Positions 28,697 through 38,369 of a stretch of 64,000 nucleotides of DNA are shown here, in pieces (within the stretch, counting starts at the first letter, position 1; the number at the start of each line of letters is the position of its first letter). Source of the DNA: a virus; the IMG/VR virus record IMGVR_UViG_3300036861_001106, positions 45,531-109,530 of that record; one strand, 5' to 3'. The notes below the pieces were generated by a model. The model was not told where the DNA came from. It saw only the letters and a program-made list of their open reading frames with translations, and made no database searches. The translations under genes and the position numbers were made by a program.

Positions 28697-31600
28697 TGCC
28701 CGTCCTCCGAATCAATCATATCAGTTTTCAAGTCCGGCTTCCACGCCCTCCACCGCCGCAGCCGCCGCGCCTCCTGCGCGTAGAGGCGCCCGTCCGGCGC
28801 CTGCCAGCACCGCACGAGCCACGTGTTGCCCAGCCCCAGCCCCGGGCCATCGAGCAGCCTGGCCGTTTGGTGCCGCTTCCAGGCCTTGGCGCTGAAGCCC
28901 ACGTCGACGCTGCCGCTCTCGTCCGTCAGGGTGCAGCGCAGCTTGAGCCGGGGCTCCCCTGGCGCCGGTGGTTGGCTGCCGTACTTCTTCGCCTGCACCG
29001 CCAGGTCGATCAGGCTGCGCTCCGTCACGCGGCCCAACACCGTCACGCTGTCGTCGCGCACCTCCCGCCACCGGATCGGCTGCAGGCCAAGCTGCTCACG
29101 GTACGCCCGCTCCGGCGGGGTGAGGGGGCGCAACGGGTACCAGCAGGCGAGGTGCTGCAGCACGTCACTGTCCAGCCCGGCCGGCGTCACCACCGCTGCC
29201 AGGGGCTCGCGCACGGTCTTGGGCAGCGCCGCCAGCAGCTCCTGCCAGCCCCGCGGGGCCAGCCGCAGGACCTTGGCCGCGGACTTCGCGGCGCACCCCC
29301 GGAGGCTCACGAGCCCCCCGCGCACGCGCCAGGGGTCCACCGGGTCGTGGGTGAAGTCGGCGGCGGGGTCGGTGGGGTTGAGGAGGCTGACCCGCCCCCC
29401 GCGCTCCAGGAACTCGCGCAGCAGGGCGAACCGGCGCTCGTCGGGGTCCAGGTTGCCGACGTGGCGGCACAGGGCAGCGGTGAAGAGCCCGGGGTGGTGC
29501 ACCTTGAGGTAGCCCGTCCAGGCACCTAGGTAGGCGTACTGGCAAGCGTGCGCCTCGCAGAAGAGATAATTGGCAGCCTTCTTCACCTGAAGGAACGCCT
29601 CAATGACCTGCGCCACCGGCACGCCAGCCTGGTACCAGCCGAGACCGAGGGGCTTGCGGTACGCCTCAATGGCGTCTGCCCCACCGCTCTTGCTGGCCAG
29701 CTTGCGGATCTTGTGGACGTCCTCGATCGGCAGCCCGGCGAGCTGGGCCAGGGCCATCGCCTGTTCCTGATAGACGACCGTGCCGTAGGTCAGGCCCAGG
29801 ATCGCCTGCAGCTCAGGGATCAGCGTCGGCATCTCCTCGCGCCCCCACTTGCGCGCCACGAAGCGCTTGACCCCGCCGGACTGCAGGGGGCCCGGGCGCG
29901 CCAGTGCGGACACGGCAGTGAACTCCTCGAAGTTGGCGGGCTGCAGCTCCCGCAGGATGTTGCCGGCGGCGCGTCCCTGGAGTTGGAAGATCCCCAGGTT
30001 CTGCCCCTGCGCCAGCATTGCCAGCACCGCCGGGTCCTCCAGCGGCAGGGCGTAGAGCCACTCGGGGGACTTGCCCAGGGCCTGCAGTGTCTCCGCCACT
30101 GCGGTCAGGGTGCGACTGCCGAGGAGGTCGATCTTCAGCAGCCCCTGCGCGGCGGCGGTCGCCATGTCCACCTGCGCCGTGCGCTCCTTCCCCGGGCGTG
30201 CTCCCACCGCCACGACCTCCGCCAGCGGGCGGTCGTCCAGGAGAGCCCCCCCGGCGTGGACGCTGAACTGCCGCACCTGCCCCTCCAGTTGGGCGGCGAT
30301 GGCGAGCTGCGGGCAGTAGGTCAGCAGCTTCTGGGCCTTCTCGCTGGTCTCGAAGAGCCGCGCCAGCACCCCGTAGTCGTGGAGCCCCGCGCCCTGATCC
30401 TCCCCCTCCGGCACCAGCGTGGCGGCGTGGTGCATGACCTTCTCCGGCAGGTCGTAGGCCTTGCCCACGTCCAGCAGGGCCTGCCGGGCGCCGAAGCGTG
30501 AGAGGGTCGCCACGTGCGCCACGTGCGCCACGCCGTACTTGGCTTCGAGATACTCGAAGGCTTCATGCCGGCGGTCGTGCTGGAGATCCAGGTCAATATC
30601 AGGCAAGTCAGCCCTTGTTTGGTCTAGGAACCTCTCGAAAGGCAGGTTGTGCTTGATCGGGTCCACCACCGTGACGCCGAGGCAGTGGAGGAGGAGGGAC
30701 CCACCGGCGCTGCCGCGGGGGACGATGAGGATGTGGCGGGCCCGCATCTCCCGCACGAGGTCAGCCACGACGAGGAAGTAGTCAGCGAATTGCTTCTCAC
30801 AGACCACCGTCAGCTCCCGCTCCAGGCGCTGGTGGTAGGTGCCAACGACGGCGAGGCTCTTGTCCTCGGTGATCCTCTTCAAGCCCTGCCAGGCCAGCTT
30901 CCGCAGCATCTCCACCGCCGACCCGAACCCTGCGGGCACCGTGAACCGAACCCCCGATCCCTTCGGGCACTCCGCCACGCACCGCTCCGCCAGCGCCACG
31001 CTGCGCTCGATCGCCGCCACCAACTCGATGGTGGGGACGCCGGGCAGCACCGCCTGGCAGCGCGCGAGGATCTCTTCACCGCTGCATCTATGGTGGTAGG
31101 TTGGCAGCTTCACGCTGCGGTGGGGGTCGTTGACGCGCTGGCCGAGGTTCACCGCCAGGAGGGTGTCCTGGGCCGCCATGTCCTCCGGGCGCGGGGCGTG
31201 GGCGTCGCTGGTGACCACCAGCGGGATCTCAAGCTGCCGCGCCAGCCGCCACAGCACCGGGCAGGCAGCCTCGCTGATGCCGAGCCCGGGGCAGGGGATG
31301 ATCTCCACCAGGAAGTGCTCGACGTGCGCCTGCATCCAGGCGAGCCACGCCGCTGCCTCGTCCACCCGGCCAAGGTTGATGAGCTGCGAGGGGTGCCCGA
31401 TCACGCAGCCGGAGAGGACGAGCATGTCCCGCTCGCAGTGGCGGGCCAGCATCTGCCGGTCAACCAGCGGCTTGCGGTGGTAGTGCGTGAACGACTCGCT
31501 GACGAGCGCCAGCAGGTTGCGGTACCCCACCTGGGTCTGGGGGATGAGGGTGAGGTGCGCCCGCTTCAGGGCCTCCTGCTCCCCCTTGCGCCGGTCGCCG

Positions 31601-31842
31601 CCCTTGTCCTGGCCGAGCAGGGTCACGTCCTCGACGTAGTAGGCCTCTACGCCGAGGAGTGGGCGCAGACCGGCCTTCGTGGCCTCCTGCTGGAAGTCGT
31701 GGTGCCCCGCAATCGTTCCGTGATCGCAGCAGGCGACGTGTGACTGCTGTAGCTCCAGCACGCGGGCAGCATGCTGGCTTGGAGTTCCAAACCCATCAAG
31801 CGCAGAGTAGGTTGAGTGGCAGTGGCAGTCAACGAATCTCAT
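28693..31842 (-). CDS. dnaE: DNA polymerase III alpha subunit (phage-encoded, PHP domain)
   Basis: HCHSTYSALDG, DHG, GVEAY, TSDAH, RGSAGGSL, LPFERFL, PDIDLD, LLKIDLLG, GIFQL, RPGPL, VYQEQ. Confidence 0.95.
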   Translation of the reverse strand: MRFVDCHCHSTYSALDGFGTPSQHAARVLELQQSHVACCDHGTIAGHHDFQQEATKAGLRPLLGVEAYYVEDVTLLGQDKGGDRRKGEQEALKRAHLTLIPQTQVGYRNLLALVSESFTHYHRKPLVDRQMLARHCERDMLVLSGCVIGHPSQLINLGRVDEAAAWLAWMQAHVEHFLVEIIPCPGLGISEAACPVLWRLARQLEIPLVVTSDAHAPRPEDMAAQDTLLAVNLGQRVNDPHRSVKLPTYHHRCSGEEILARCQAVLPGVPTIELVAAIERSVALAERCVAECPKGSGVRFTVPAGFGSAVEMLRKLAWQGLKRITEDKSLAVVGTYHQRLERELTVVCEKQFADYFLVVADLVREMRARHILIVPRGSAGGSLLLHCLGVTVVDPIKHNLPFERFLDQTRADLPDIDLDLQHDRRHEAFEYLEAKYGVAHVAHVATLSRFGARQALLDVGKAYDLPEKVMHHAATLVPEGEDQGAGLHDYGVLARLFETSEKAQKLLTYCPQLAIAAQLEGQVRQFSVHAGGALLDDRPLAEVVAVGARPGKERTAQVDMATAAAQGLLKIDLLGSRTLTAVAETLQALGKSPEWLYALPLEDPAVLAMLAQGQNLGIFQLQGRAAGNILRELQPANFEEFTAVSALARPGPLQSGGVKRFVARKWGREEMPTLIPELQAILGLTYGTVVYQEQAMALAQLAGLPIEDVHKIRKLASKSGGADAIEAYRKPLGLGWYQAGVPVAQVIEAFLQVKKAANYLFCEAHACQYAYLGAWTGYLKVHHPGLFTAALCRHVGNLDPDERRFALLREFLERGGRVSLLNPTDPAADFTHDPVDPWRVRGGLVSLRGCAAKSAAKVLRLAPRGWQELLAALPKTVREPLAAVVTPAGLDSDVLQHLACWYPLRPLTPPERAYREQLGLQPIRWREVRDDSVTVLGRVTERSLIDLAVQAKKYGSQPPAPGEPRLKLRCTLTDESGSVDVGFSAKAWKRHQTARLLDGPGLGLGNTWLVRCWQAPDGRLYAQEARRLRRWRAWKPDLKTDMIDSEDGQ

Positions 31843-32252
31843 CGGTGCCGGACTCCCCACTCACGCTCGAAGAGGCGACGGATGCGCGGGGACTGCAGGT
31901 CAGCGAAGGACCAGACCCTGCGGTGGCAGTAGTTGCAGCGCACTGGCATCTCCTCCTCGGGGACCTGCACCATGCCCTCGAACTCGGGGTAGAACGGCAG
32001 TGCGCCCATCTTTCGGCACGGGTCGCAGCGCCCATCTACCATGGGGCTCTCTTCAAAGCACCGCGCGCAGGTGAAATCCTCGTCCTCGTCCAGCTCGCAG
32101 TCACACCGTTCGCAGTGCGTGTTGGCGTAGCGCGTCTCGTCGAGGGGCTCGTGACAGCTATCGCAGAGGCAGACGCCGCCTGGACCTGTGATTCGTGCCT
32201 GGTGGCAGCACTCGCAGATGATGGAGCCATCGGTCAGCCGGTCAGCGATCAT
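31839..32252 (-). CDS. Cys-rich Zn-finger protein
   Basis: six CxxC pairs; ATGA coupling to dnaE. Confidence 0.6.
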   Translation of the reverse strand: MIADRLTDGSIICECCHQARITGPGGVCLCDSCHEPLDETRYANTHCERCDCELDEDEDFTCARCFEESPMVDGRCDPCRKMGALPFYPEFEGMVQVPEEEMPVRCNYCHRRVWSFADLQSPRIRRLFEREWGVRHR

Positions 32253-32264
32253 CCGAGTTCTCCT

Positions 32265-32896
32265 CTAACGCCGATGTTCGTTGCAAAACGGTGACCGTTG
32301 GTGTTCCGCAATGTCACTGGTGAGGTAACCACAGATGGGGCAACGCAACATCGGCAGTGCAGGTTCGCCGCTGACCTCATCGGGTGGAATCTCCATCTCA
32401 TCGACTGCGGGGATCTCCGCCGCGATGGCAGTTGCCTGAGCAGCCAGGTGTAGAAGCTGCATCTTGGCCAGATCTAGACGTGCCTGGACGATGTCTCGGC
32501 GTTCCTCCTCAAGCTGCCACCTTTCCCGTTTCCCTGTGGCCACGTCCTCGGTGACCTCGGCTAGTCCCTCCCACCTGGACCGCAGGTACCAGCGCTGCCA
32601 TCGGACGTGCTGTGCCAGCTCCTGCTCCTGCTGATGGGCGCGCTCGCGCTTCGTCATCTTGATCCGCTTGTCTGACATCACATTCCCTCCAGTTCGGTAA
32701 TCAGGAACTCATCGCCTGCCTCTCTCGCCTCTCGCAGGGCCAGCGCCCACTCGTTGCCAGCCTCGTAGGCGTCCAGCATCCCGTCGTGCTGCGCCTGGGT
32801 GAGGTGCCCCCACTCTAGGTTTCGTCGGAGGTGCCTAAGCATCGCCTCCCGTTGCCATTTCTGAGACCGGAGTCGCTTCGCTCTCTCTCGCGTCAT
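32265..32896 (-). other. two hypothetical genes (32265-32681, 32678-32896)
   Basis: coupled ORFs with SD sequences. Confidence 0.55.
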
Positions 32897-32939
32897 GATC
32901 TTAATCCTCCTGCCTGCTTCGCAAGCAACCGTAATGCCA

Positions 32940-33170
32940 AATCCTCACACGGCACACAACGATAACTATAACTTTCTTAGTGCACGCACCATGCGCATGT
33001 ATACATGCGCATGGCGCGTGCATGAGAATTCTTCATGAACCCGTGAGACCCGTGAGACCCGTGAGACATGGAAGTACCATGAGACTTTTAGGCACAAAAC
33101 ATGCCTCACAGGTTCATCACGGGAACCTTACAAAACTCTACATCTCTCACATCCCCCCATTCTCACGGGT
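32940..33170. repeat. putative replication origin: 42-bp palindrome plus CCCGTGAGA iterons
   Basis: palindrome 32981-33022; three tandem CCCGTGAGA at 33040-33066; inverted copy TCTCACGGG at 33161-33169; relatively AT-rich; immediately downstream of the primase/helicase gene. Confidence 0.65.
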
Positions 33171-34923
33171 TAGATGCCCCCTGGAGGATCGGTTCCTCAG
33201 CTCCCAGTTTCAGCCCATCACGGACACGGAGGGACTTCTTCTGCTCAGCGTCCCACTGAAACCGCGCCTTCGGGAAGCCGAGCTGGTTCAGCCGCTTCCC
33301 GAAGGCGTCCTTGTTGAGCACCTTCTCGTTCCGGTAGCCTGATCGGTCGCACCAGCGCTGGTAGTGCTCGTAGAGGAGGTTGACAGCCACCCACTGGTCA
33401 GCACGCCTGCAGCAGCACTCGTCGAGGAACTGGGCCACGGTGTCCTGGGAGAGGTAGTACTCCTCCTTCAGCCTGGCGCTTTCCTCCGGTGGGGCAAAGT
33501 GCCAGCCGCGCTGTTGCAGCCTGCGTAGGCCGGTGAGGGCAAGGTTGAAGATGCCTGGCAGCTCCAGGCGCAGCTTGTGATCCAACCTAGTGTCAGCGGG
33601 CATGACCTGTTCATCCTTTCGCCAGGGGTCCGCCTCCCCGAACTTGCGGCGCCACTCGATGATGAGCAGCCGGCGGAAGTAGCCGCGGGTGAGGTCCAGG
33701 GTCTCCGGCAGCGTGTTGCAGGAGATCACGAAGCGCATGGTGGGACGGAAGCGAAACTCCTTGCCGTAGGGGTGTCGAGCCTGGATGGGGTCCTCCCCGG
33801 TGAGGATCTTCAGCCACTTTCCACCTGTCCGCATCTCCTCCGGTGCGGGCTCGTCGATGAAGCCCACTAGCTTGCCCATCAGGCTGGCTCGGTGGTAGCT
33901 GGAGGTGAGGTTCTGCAAGATGACGGCTGCGCACTGCTCCTCCCCCACCAGCCGCCGCAGCACACGTGCGAAGGTTCCCTTGCCGTTGCTGCCCTCGCCG
34001 ACGTTCACAAGCGCATCCTGGTTGCTGATGTTGCTGGTGAGGCAGCAGCCTAGCCACTCCTCCAGGAGGGAGATCCACTCCAGGCACGGTGTGCCATCCT
34101 CGTTTACGAGCACTTCTCGCAGCCACTGGGTGAAGCGTGGGCAGTCCGCCTTGGGGTCGAATTCGTAGTCGAGGCAGTAGGTGAACCGATGGCATCGGGA
34201 ATGTGGGAGGAGCTTGTCCTGGGCCAAGTCGTAGATTCCATTGCGGAGGGGGATGAGACCGGGGTTTTCATTCAGTTCCTGTGCCTTGATGATGCCCAGG
34301 TCGGTGCGGGCCAACTTGCGCACCCCCTCGATCACCTTGGGGCTCACGCTCACCCCCACGTTGCGTAGGAAGAGGTGGATGGCGGGGTCAACTTCGTCGT
34401 CCGGCGCCACATTCAGCCAGTGTGTGCCTGTGTAGCGAAACCAGAGGTTGCCAGTGACTGCCAGGAAGTCACTCTCAACCTCGCTGGCCCAGATGTTGGC
34501 CAGCTTGTCGAGCCCCTTCGGTCCAACCTCGGTCTCCAGGTGGCCCTTCTCCTGTAGCCATGCCCGCATGTCCTTGAGCCTGTACTTCCTTGGTCCTCCT
34601 TCCCTCAGGCTGTGGGCGTGGCTGCACTTGAAGACGACGTACGGGTACTCCGTGCCGGACCCGTCGCGCACGAAGGTGCTGACGTGGCGCGTCTCGGTTC
34701 CATGCTCATCAGCCCATGGGCATGTCACGTGGTGCTTGTCGGCCTCGCTCCGGTCCCGGGACAGGTACAACTCGGCCCTCTTGAGGGCCTCAAGCAGCTC
34801 CTGACCCTCCCTGGCTCGGTGGGGGTTCGTCTCTCCTTTCCCAGTCTTGGTGCCCTCACTTCCGTTTGCGCTGGTCGGCGGTAGGTTGCTGATGATTTCG
34901 TCGATGTTCATTGCGACGCTCAC
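33163..34923 (-). CDS. P4/D5-family primase-associated SF3 helicase
   Basis: GEGSNGKGT Walker A, GFIDE, KILTGEDPIQAR, CNTLP, GYFRRLLII; N-terminal CPW..EH...CSHAH Zn motif. Confidence 0.9.
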   Translation of the reverse strand: MSVAMNIDEIISNLPPTSANGSEGTKTGKGETNPHRAREGQELLEALKRAELYLSRDRSEADKHHVTCPWADEHGTETRHVSTFVRDGSGTEYPYVVFKCSHAHSLREGGPRKYRLKDMRAWLQEKGHLETEVGPKGLDKLANIWASEVESDFLAVTGNLWFRYTGTHWLNVAPDDEVDPAIHLFLRNVGVSVSPKVIEGVRKLARTDLGIIKAQELNENPGLIPLRNGIYDLAQDKLLPHSRCHRFTYCLDYEFDPKADCPRFTQWLREVLVNEDGTPCLEWISLLEEWLGCCLTSNISNQDALVNVGEGSNGKGTFARVLRRLVGEEQCAAVILQNLTSSYHRASLMGKLVGFIDEPAPEEMRTGGKWLKILTGEDPIQARHPYGKEFRFRPTMRFVISCNTLPETLDLTRGYFRRLLIIEWRRKFGEADPWRKDEQVMPADTRLDHKLRLELPGIFNLALTGLRRLQQRGWHFAPPEESARLKEEYYLSQDTVAQFLDECCCRRADQWVAVNLLYEHYQRWCDRSGYRNEKVLNKDAFGKRLNQLGFPKARFQWDAEQKKSLRVRDGLKLGAEEPILQGASNP

Positions 34924-35657
34924 TCCCTGATGTCGATGATCTTGGCGATTCGGTGGGGTCGTCCCTCCTCGGGACAGTGTGACCCCTTGCAGGCCATGGT
35001 GCCGTAGAGTCGCACCAACCGTGCTGCGTTGTGCGTGGTGACGTCGATCATTACCTCCTCGTCGCTGAACTTGGCAGTCAAGCGTTCCAGGACTTCACGG
35101 CACTTGTTCAGGTGCTCCACGTCGTTAGGAAGGTCGACCCGCATCAGCACGTGCGCTCCATTGCCGGAGGCAGCAGTGATCAGCCCCTGGTGGCCAGTGG
35201 CGGTGAGGAAGTCTCGAACTGTCATTGCACGCTTGACTGCCTTCAGTAGCTCCTGGTTCGTGCTGCTGATCCCGGGGACCGGGGGTGTTCGCTTGACGTC
35301 ACAGTCGATGAGGAGCCATGTGCGTCGTAGCACGTGGTCATCCATCGTCGTGCTGCGTGGTCTCCAGCGTAGCCGATTCTTGCACCGGCAGATCAGGTCG
35401 CGACGGATGGGATTGGACACGAAGTAGACCCCCTCTGCTGCGCCGGAGAGCCGGGCCGCATCCCTCACCATCGCGCGTGGGTCGTCATAGTAGCCTGATA
35501 CGGTGGTCTCATACCGGTGATCGGGGTCACTCCTTGGGTCTGACCAGTTGATTGCGCGTAGCTCCCAGCAGCAGTCAGGACTCCACCGCATGATCTTTGT
35601 CATCACCAGACTTAGCTGCTTGAGGTCGAATCGTTGAGCCTCGGCGCTCACACTCAT
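34920..35657 (-). CDS. AEP-type primase catalytic domain (stand-alone)
   Basis: GVYFVSNP, WLLIDCD, SGNGAH, HNAARLVRLYGT. Confidence 0.75.
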   Translation of the reverse strand: MSVSAEAQRFDLKQLSLVMTKIMRWSPDCCWELRAINWSDPRSDPDHRYETTVSGYYDDPRAMVRDAARLSGAAEGVYFVSNPIRRDLICRCKNRLRWRPRSTTMDDHVLRRTWLLIDCDVKRTPPVPGISSTNQELLKAVKRAMTVRDFLTATGHQGLITAASGNGAHVLMRVDLPNDVEHLNKCREVLERLTAKFSDEEVMIDVTTHNAARLVRLYGTMACKGSHCPEEGRPHRIAKIIDIRE

Positions 35658-35874
35658 CTCCTTTCGGTGGGGACCGTTGGTGAAATTCAAACGCGCCACT
35701 TGACAGTCGAGTGCTTCCTCGGTATCATGAGAGTGGCTCGACAAGACTCTCCTTGGTCCGAAGAGCTTTCTGTGCGCGGTCTACCTGACCCTACCCATCC
35801 GTCCTCGAAGCCACAGCCGGTCCCCACTAGCTGTGGCTTCCTCCATGGTAACGCTTTCCTCCTCCCACGTCAAG

Positions 35875-35900
35875 CAAAATAGGGGGCCTCGCGGCCCCCA
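35875..35900 (-). terminator. intrinsic terminator after ssb
   Basis: GGGGCC-GCGA-GGCCCC hairpin followed by TATTTT. Confidence 0.6.
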
Positions 35901-35921
35901 GCGTCAGCTTCTCACCGTCCC

Positions 35922-36620
35922 TCAGGCGAACTTGTCGCCAGCCGCCGGCACCTCGCGGAACCCGGGCTCGCGATACCCATCTGGGAAGCGGATGACGAAT
36001 TTTATCGACTCCACCTCTGTCCCGTCAGCGCGCTCCCACTTCTGCTTCTCCGGCACAACCTCCACCCACAGCCGCTTCCCAACTGCGGTCTCGCGGCGCA
36101 TCCGCACCTTCCCGGTCTCCGCGTCGCGCAGCCCGATGGCCTCGGCGAAGCGGTACGTCTTCACCACCCCGCCCCCCTCAATGGGGAAGTACTCGTCGCG
36201 GTAGTTGCCCTTGTTCGGCCCCGCCAGGCACTTCAACTCCACCTTCTTGGACTTGTTCCCTGACCGCGCGAGGTGGGGCTCGTAGCTCATGACCTCGCAG
36301 TAGTGCCAGCCCTCCGGCCACTCCAGCTTCAGGTCGCTGGGGTCCAGCTCCACGAGGTCCTCGTCCTCGTCCTCCGCCTCGTCGAACAGCCCACCCTGCC
36401 CTACCAGGGTCTCCTCCGCTGCGCCGTTGGCGCTTGCAGCCGGGGTCCTTGGCTGTGCCGGGGGTGGCGCTGCGGCAGTTCGTGTTGCCGTCTTGGGTGC
36501 CTCCGCTGCCGGTGGCCTGCTCGGCCCTGTCACCGGCTCCTCGTTCTCCAGGAACGCCAGGATCTCCGCGTCCTCCTCCGCGCTGAAGGCTCGGGTTCCA
36601 GTTGTCTGATCGCTCGTCAT
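35922..36620 (-). CDS. ssDNA-binding protein (DUF669-like)
   Basis: WPEGWHYCEV...SGN....V OB-fold pattern; acidic termini; next to the recombinase. Confidence 0.6.
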   Translation of the reverse strand: MTSDQTTGTRAFSAEEDAEILAFLENEEPVTGPSRPPAAEAPKTATRTAAAPPPAQPRTPAASANGAAEETLVGQGGLFDEAEDEDEDLVELDPSDLKLEWPEGWHYCEVMSYEPHLARSGNKSKKVELKCLAGPNKGNYRDEYFPIEGGGVVKTYRFAEAIGLRDAETGKVRMRRETAVGKRLWVEVVPEKQKWERADGTEVESIKFVIRFPDGYREPGFREVPAAGDKFA

Positions 36621-36622
36621 CG

Positions 36623-37312
36623 TCAGTTCTCCTCCTGTGTGTCGTCTTGTGTGTCATCAAGGATCGCGCGCATGTCCTGGTCTGGCCAGAACAGCACGTG
36701 CGCACACTGCTCGCTGATCACCTGCCGGCTGCAGGCGTTGAACAGCATCCGATCCGGGTTCGTGATCCACGCCCCTGGGCCGCGAGGACCACTCCGCACG
36801 AGCCCAGCCTGCCTCGCCTGGTCGATGGTGTACGTCACCCGCGCCAGCTCGTGGCCTCGGCGCCACAGCGCCACGGTGCAGGCGGTGGCGCTGCGCTCCA
36901 CCACGCGCAGCTCGTACCCGTTGCGGCGCGCCAGTGCCCGCTGGAGCTGCGCGCTGAAGCTGATGCTGCCCTGGACCAGGAAGATGTGGCTGCAGCCCAC
37001 CATGGGGTTCAACCCCAACTCCTGAGCCAGCACCATCTTCGTCATCAGCTCTGCGCCCTTCACGCCGGGGTACAGGTTGGACTTCGCCGCCACCAGGGCC
37101 AGGTACTCCAACTGCTTGAGGCTGAGCTGGCGGGCCACCAGGGGCTCGGCGGGGGCCACCAGCCCCGTCTCTGCCCGCTGCAGCGCCACCGGTGGTGGCT
37201 GTGCCGTCTCCGCAGGCTCCACCGTCCCTGCGTAGGCTACCTCAATCTCCTCAGGTCCCTCCACCTCGGTCTCCACCATGTCTTCATTGCTCCGTTCCAT
37301 CGTCTCCGTCAT
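36623..37312 (-). CDS. RecT/Sak-like single-strand annealing protein
   Basis: AQELGLNPM....IFLVQG, YTIDQARQAGL...W...PDRML. Confidence 0.75.
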   Translation of the reverse strand: MTETMERSNEDMVETEVEGPEEIEVAYAGTVEPAETAQPPPVALQRAETGLVAPAEPLVARQLSLKQLEYLALVAAKSNLYPGVKGAELMTKMVLAQELGLNPMVGCSHIFLVQGSISFSAQLQRALARRNGYELRVVERSATACTVALWRRGHELARVTYTIDQARQAGLVRSGPRGPGAWITNPDRMLFNACSRQVISEQCAHVLFWPDQDMRAILDDTQDDTQEEN

Positions 37313-38369
37313 TCTCACCCTCGTTCTCGCACGTGCCTGCCGTTCGCAGGACATCAGCACAGCCTTCCACCCACGGGGCCAGGAACTCCCCCAGCTCCAC
37401 CTTGAAGCGGTTGAACTCCCGGCCACGAAACACGCGCACGTGCGCCGGGTGGTGGATGGTCCGCACCCGGCCAATGCGCTTGTGGGGTTCAAGCCACCAT
37501 CCCAGGGCATTCTTGACGCACAGCTCCGCCACCTTGCCGAGGCAGAGGATGCGCTCTACCGTCTCCTCAGGGTCCAGGGAGTCCAGGAGGCTCCAGCGAC
37601 CCACCTCGGGCCTGAAGGTGCTGGCGTTGCACCAGGCGCCCTCCTCCCACCGCAGCCCGACCTCGTCCACCGCGCGCCACAGGAGCTGGCTCGCCGGGCC
37701 CCGGCTGAAGGGCAAGTCCGGCGCATCCCCAGCCCCCGTCAGCGGGCACACCCCCGGTGCTGGCCCCTCACCAATCACCAGAAACTGCGGCTTCACGCTG
37801 CCCGTCGCCAGGCTCGGTGGGGGCCGGCCTTGTGCCAACGCCTCCAGCCTGCGGGCGAGGTCGAGTGACTCCTGCAGCACCGGGCTCCCCGGCCCCAGCA
37901 GCTCGCTGCGCGTGGCGCGCACGGTGGGCAGCCGCGTGCGCCACCCACCCCGGATCTCGTGTGCCGCGCCATCGCGGTACCAGTCCACTACCCTCGCTGA
38001 GTCGAAGTGCCGCAGCTCCAGCGGCAGGTCCTCTTCCGCCACGTCGCCGTCCGGGAGGACCACCAGCACCACCGCGCCCAGCGCCAGCGCGCACAGCTCC
38101 ACCTGGCGCCATGCCTCGCACCGCTCGGGGTGGTAGCCCAGGAACGCCAGCCGCACCACGTCGCTCAAGTGACTGCGCAGCAGGCAGAGGCGCGGCTGCG
38201 CGTCAGCCAGGAGATGTAGCAAATTTCCGGCGAACATGTTCGGCTCGACCTGGTACCGGCGCAAGCTGTACGCCCAGTGGTCGCGCAGGTGCAGCCCAAC
38301 GTCAATCAGGTCGGTCTCGACTGGCCCTTCGATGACGATCATGGTTTTTTTACTCGTCGTTGTGAGCAA
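37284..38369 (-). CDS. dNMP-kinase-like / uracil-DNA glycosylase superfamily fusion
   Basis: N-terminal MIVIEG with degenerate P-loop and RSHLSDVV; C-terminal FLVIGEGP, PFS, WCNA, ILCLGKVA, IHHPAH (UDG fold). Confidence 0.65.
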   Translation of the reverse strand: MLTTTSKKTMIVIEGPVETDLIDVGLHLRDHWAYSLRRYQVEPNMFAGNLLHLLADAQPRLCLLRSHLSDVVRLAFLGYHPERCEAWRQVELCALALGAVVLVVLPDGDVAEEDLPLELRHFDSARVVDWYRDGAAHEIRGGWRTRLPTVRATRSELLGPGSPVLQESLDLARRLEALAQGRPPPSLATGSVKPQFLVIGEGPAPGVCPLTGAGDAPDLPFSRGPASQLLWRAVDEVGLRWEEGAWCNASTFRPEVGRWSLLDSLDPEETVERILCLGKVAELCVKNALGWWLEPHKRIGRVRTIHHPAHVRVFRGREFNRFKVELGEFLAPWVEGCADVLRTAGTCENEGENDGDDGTEQ

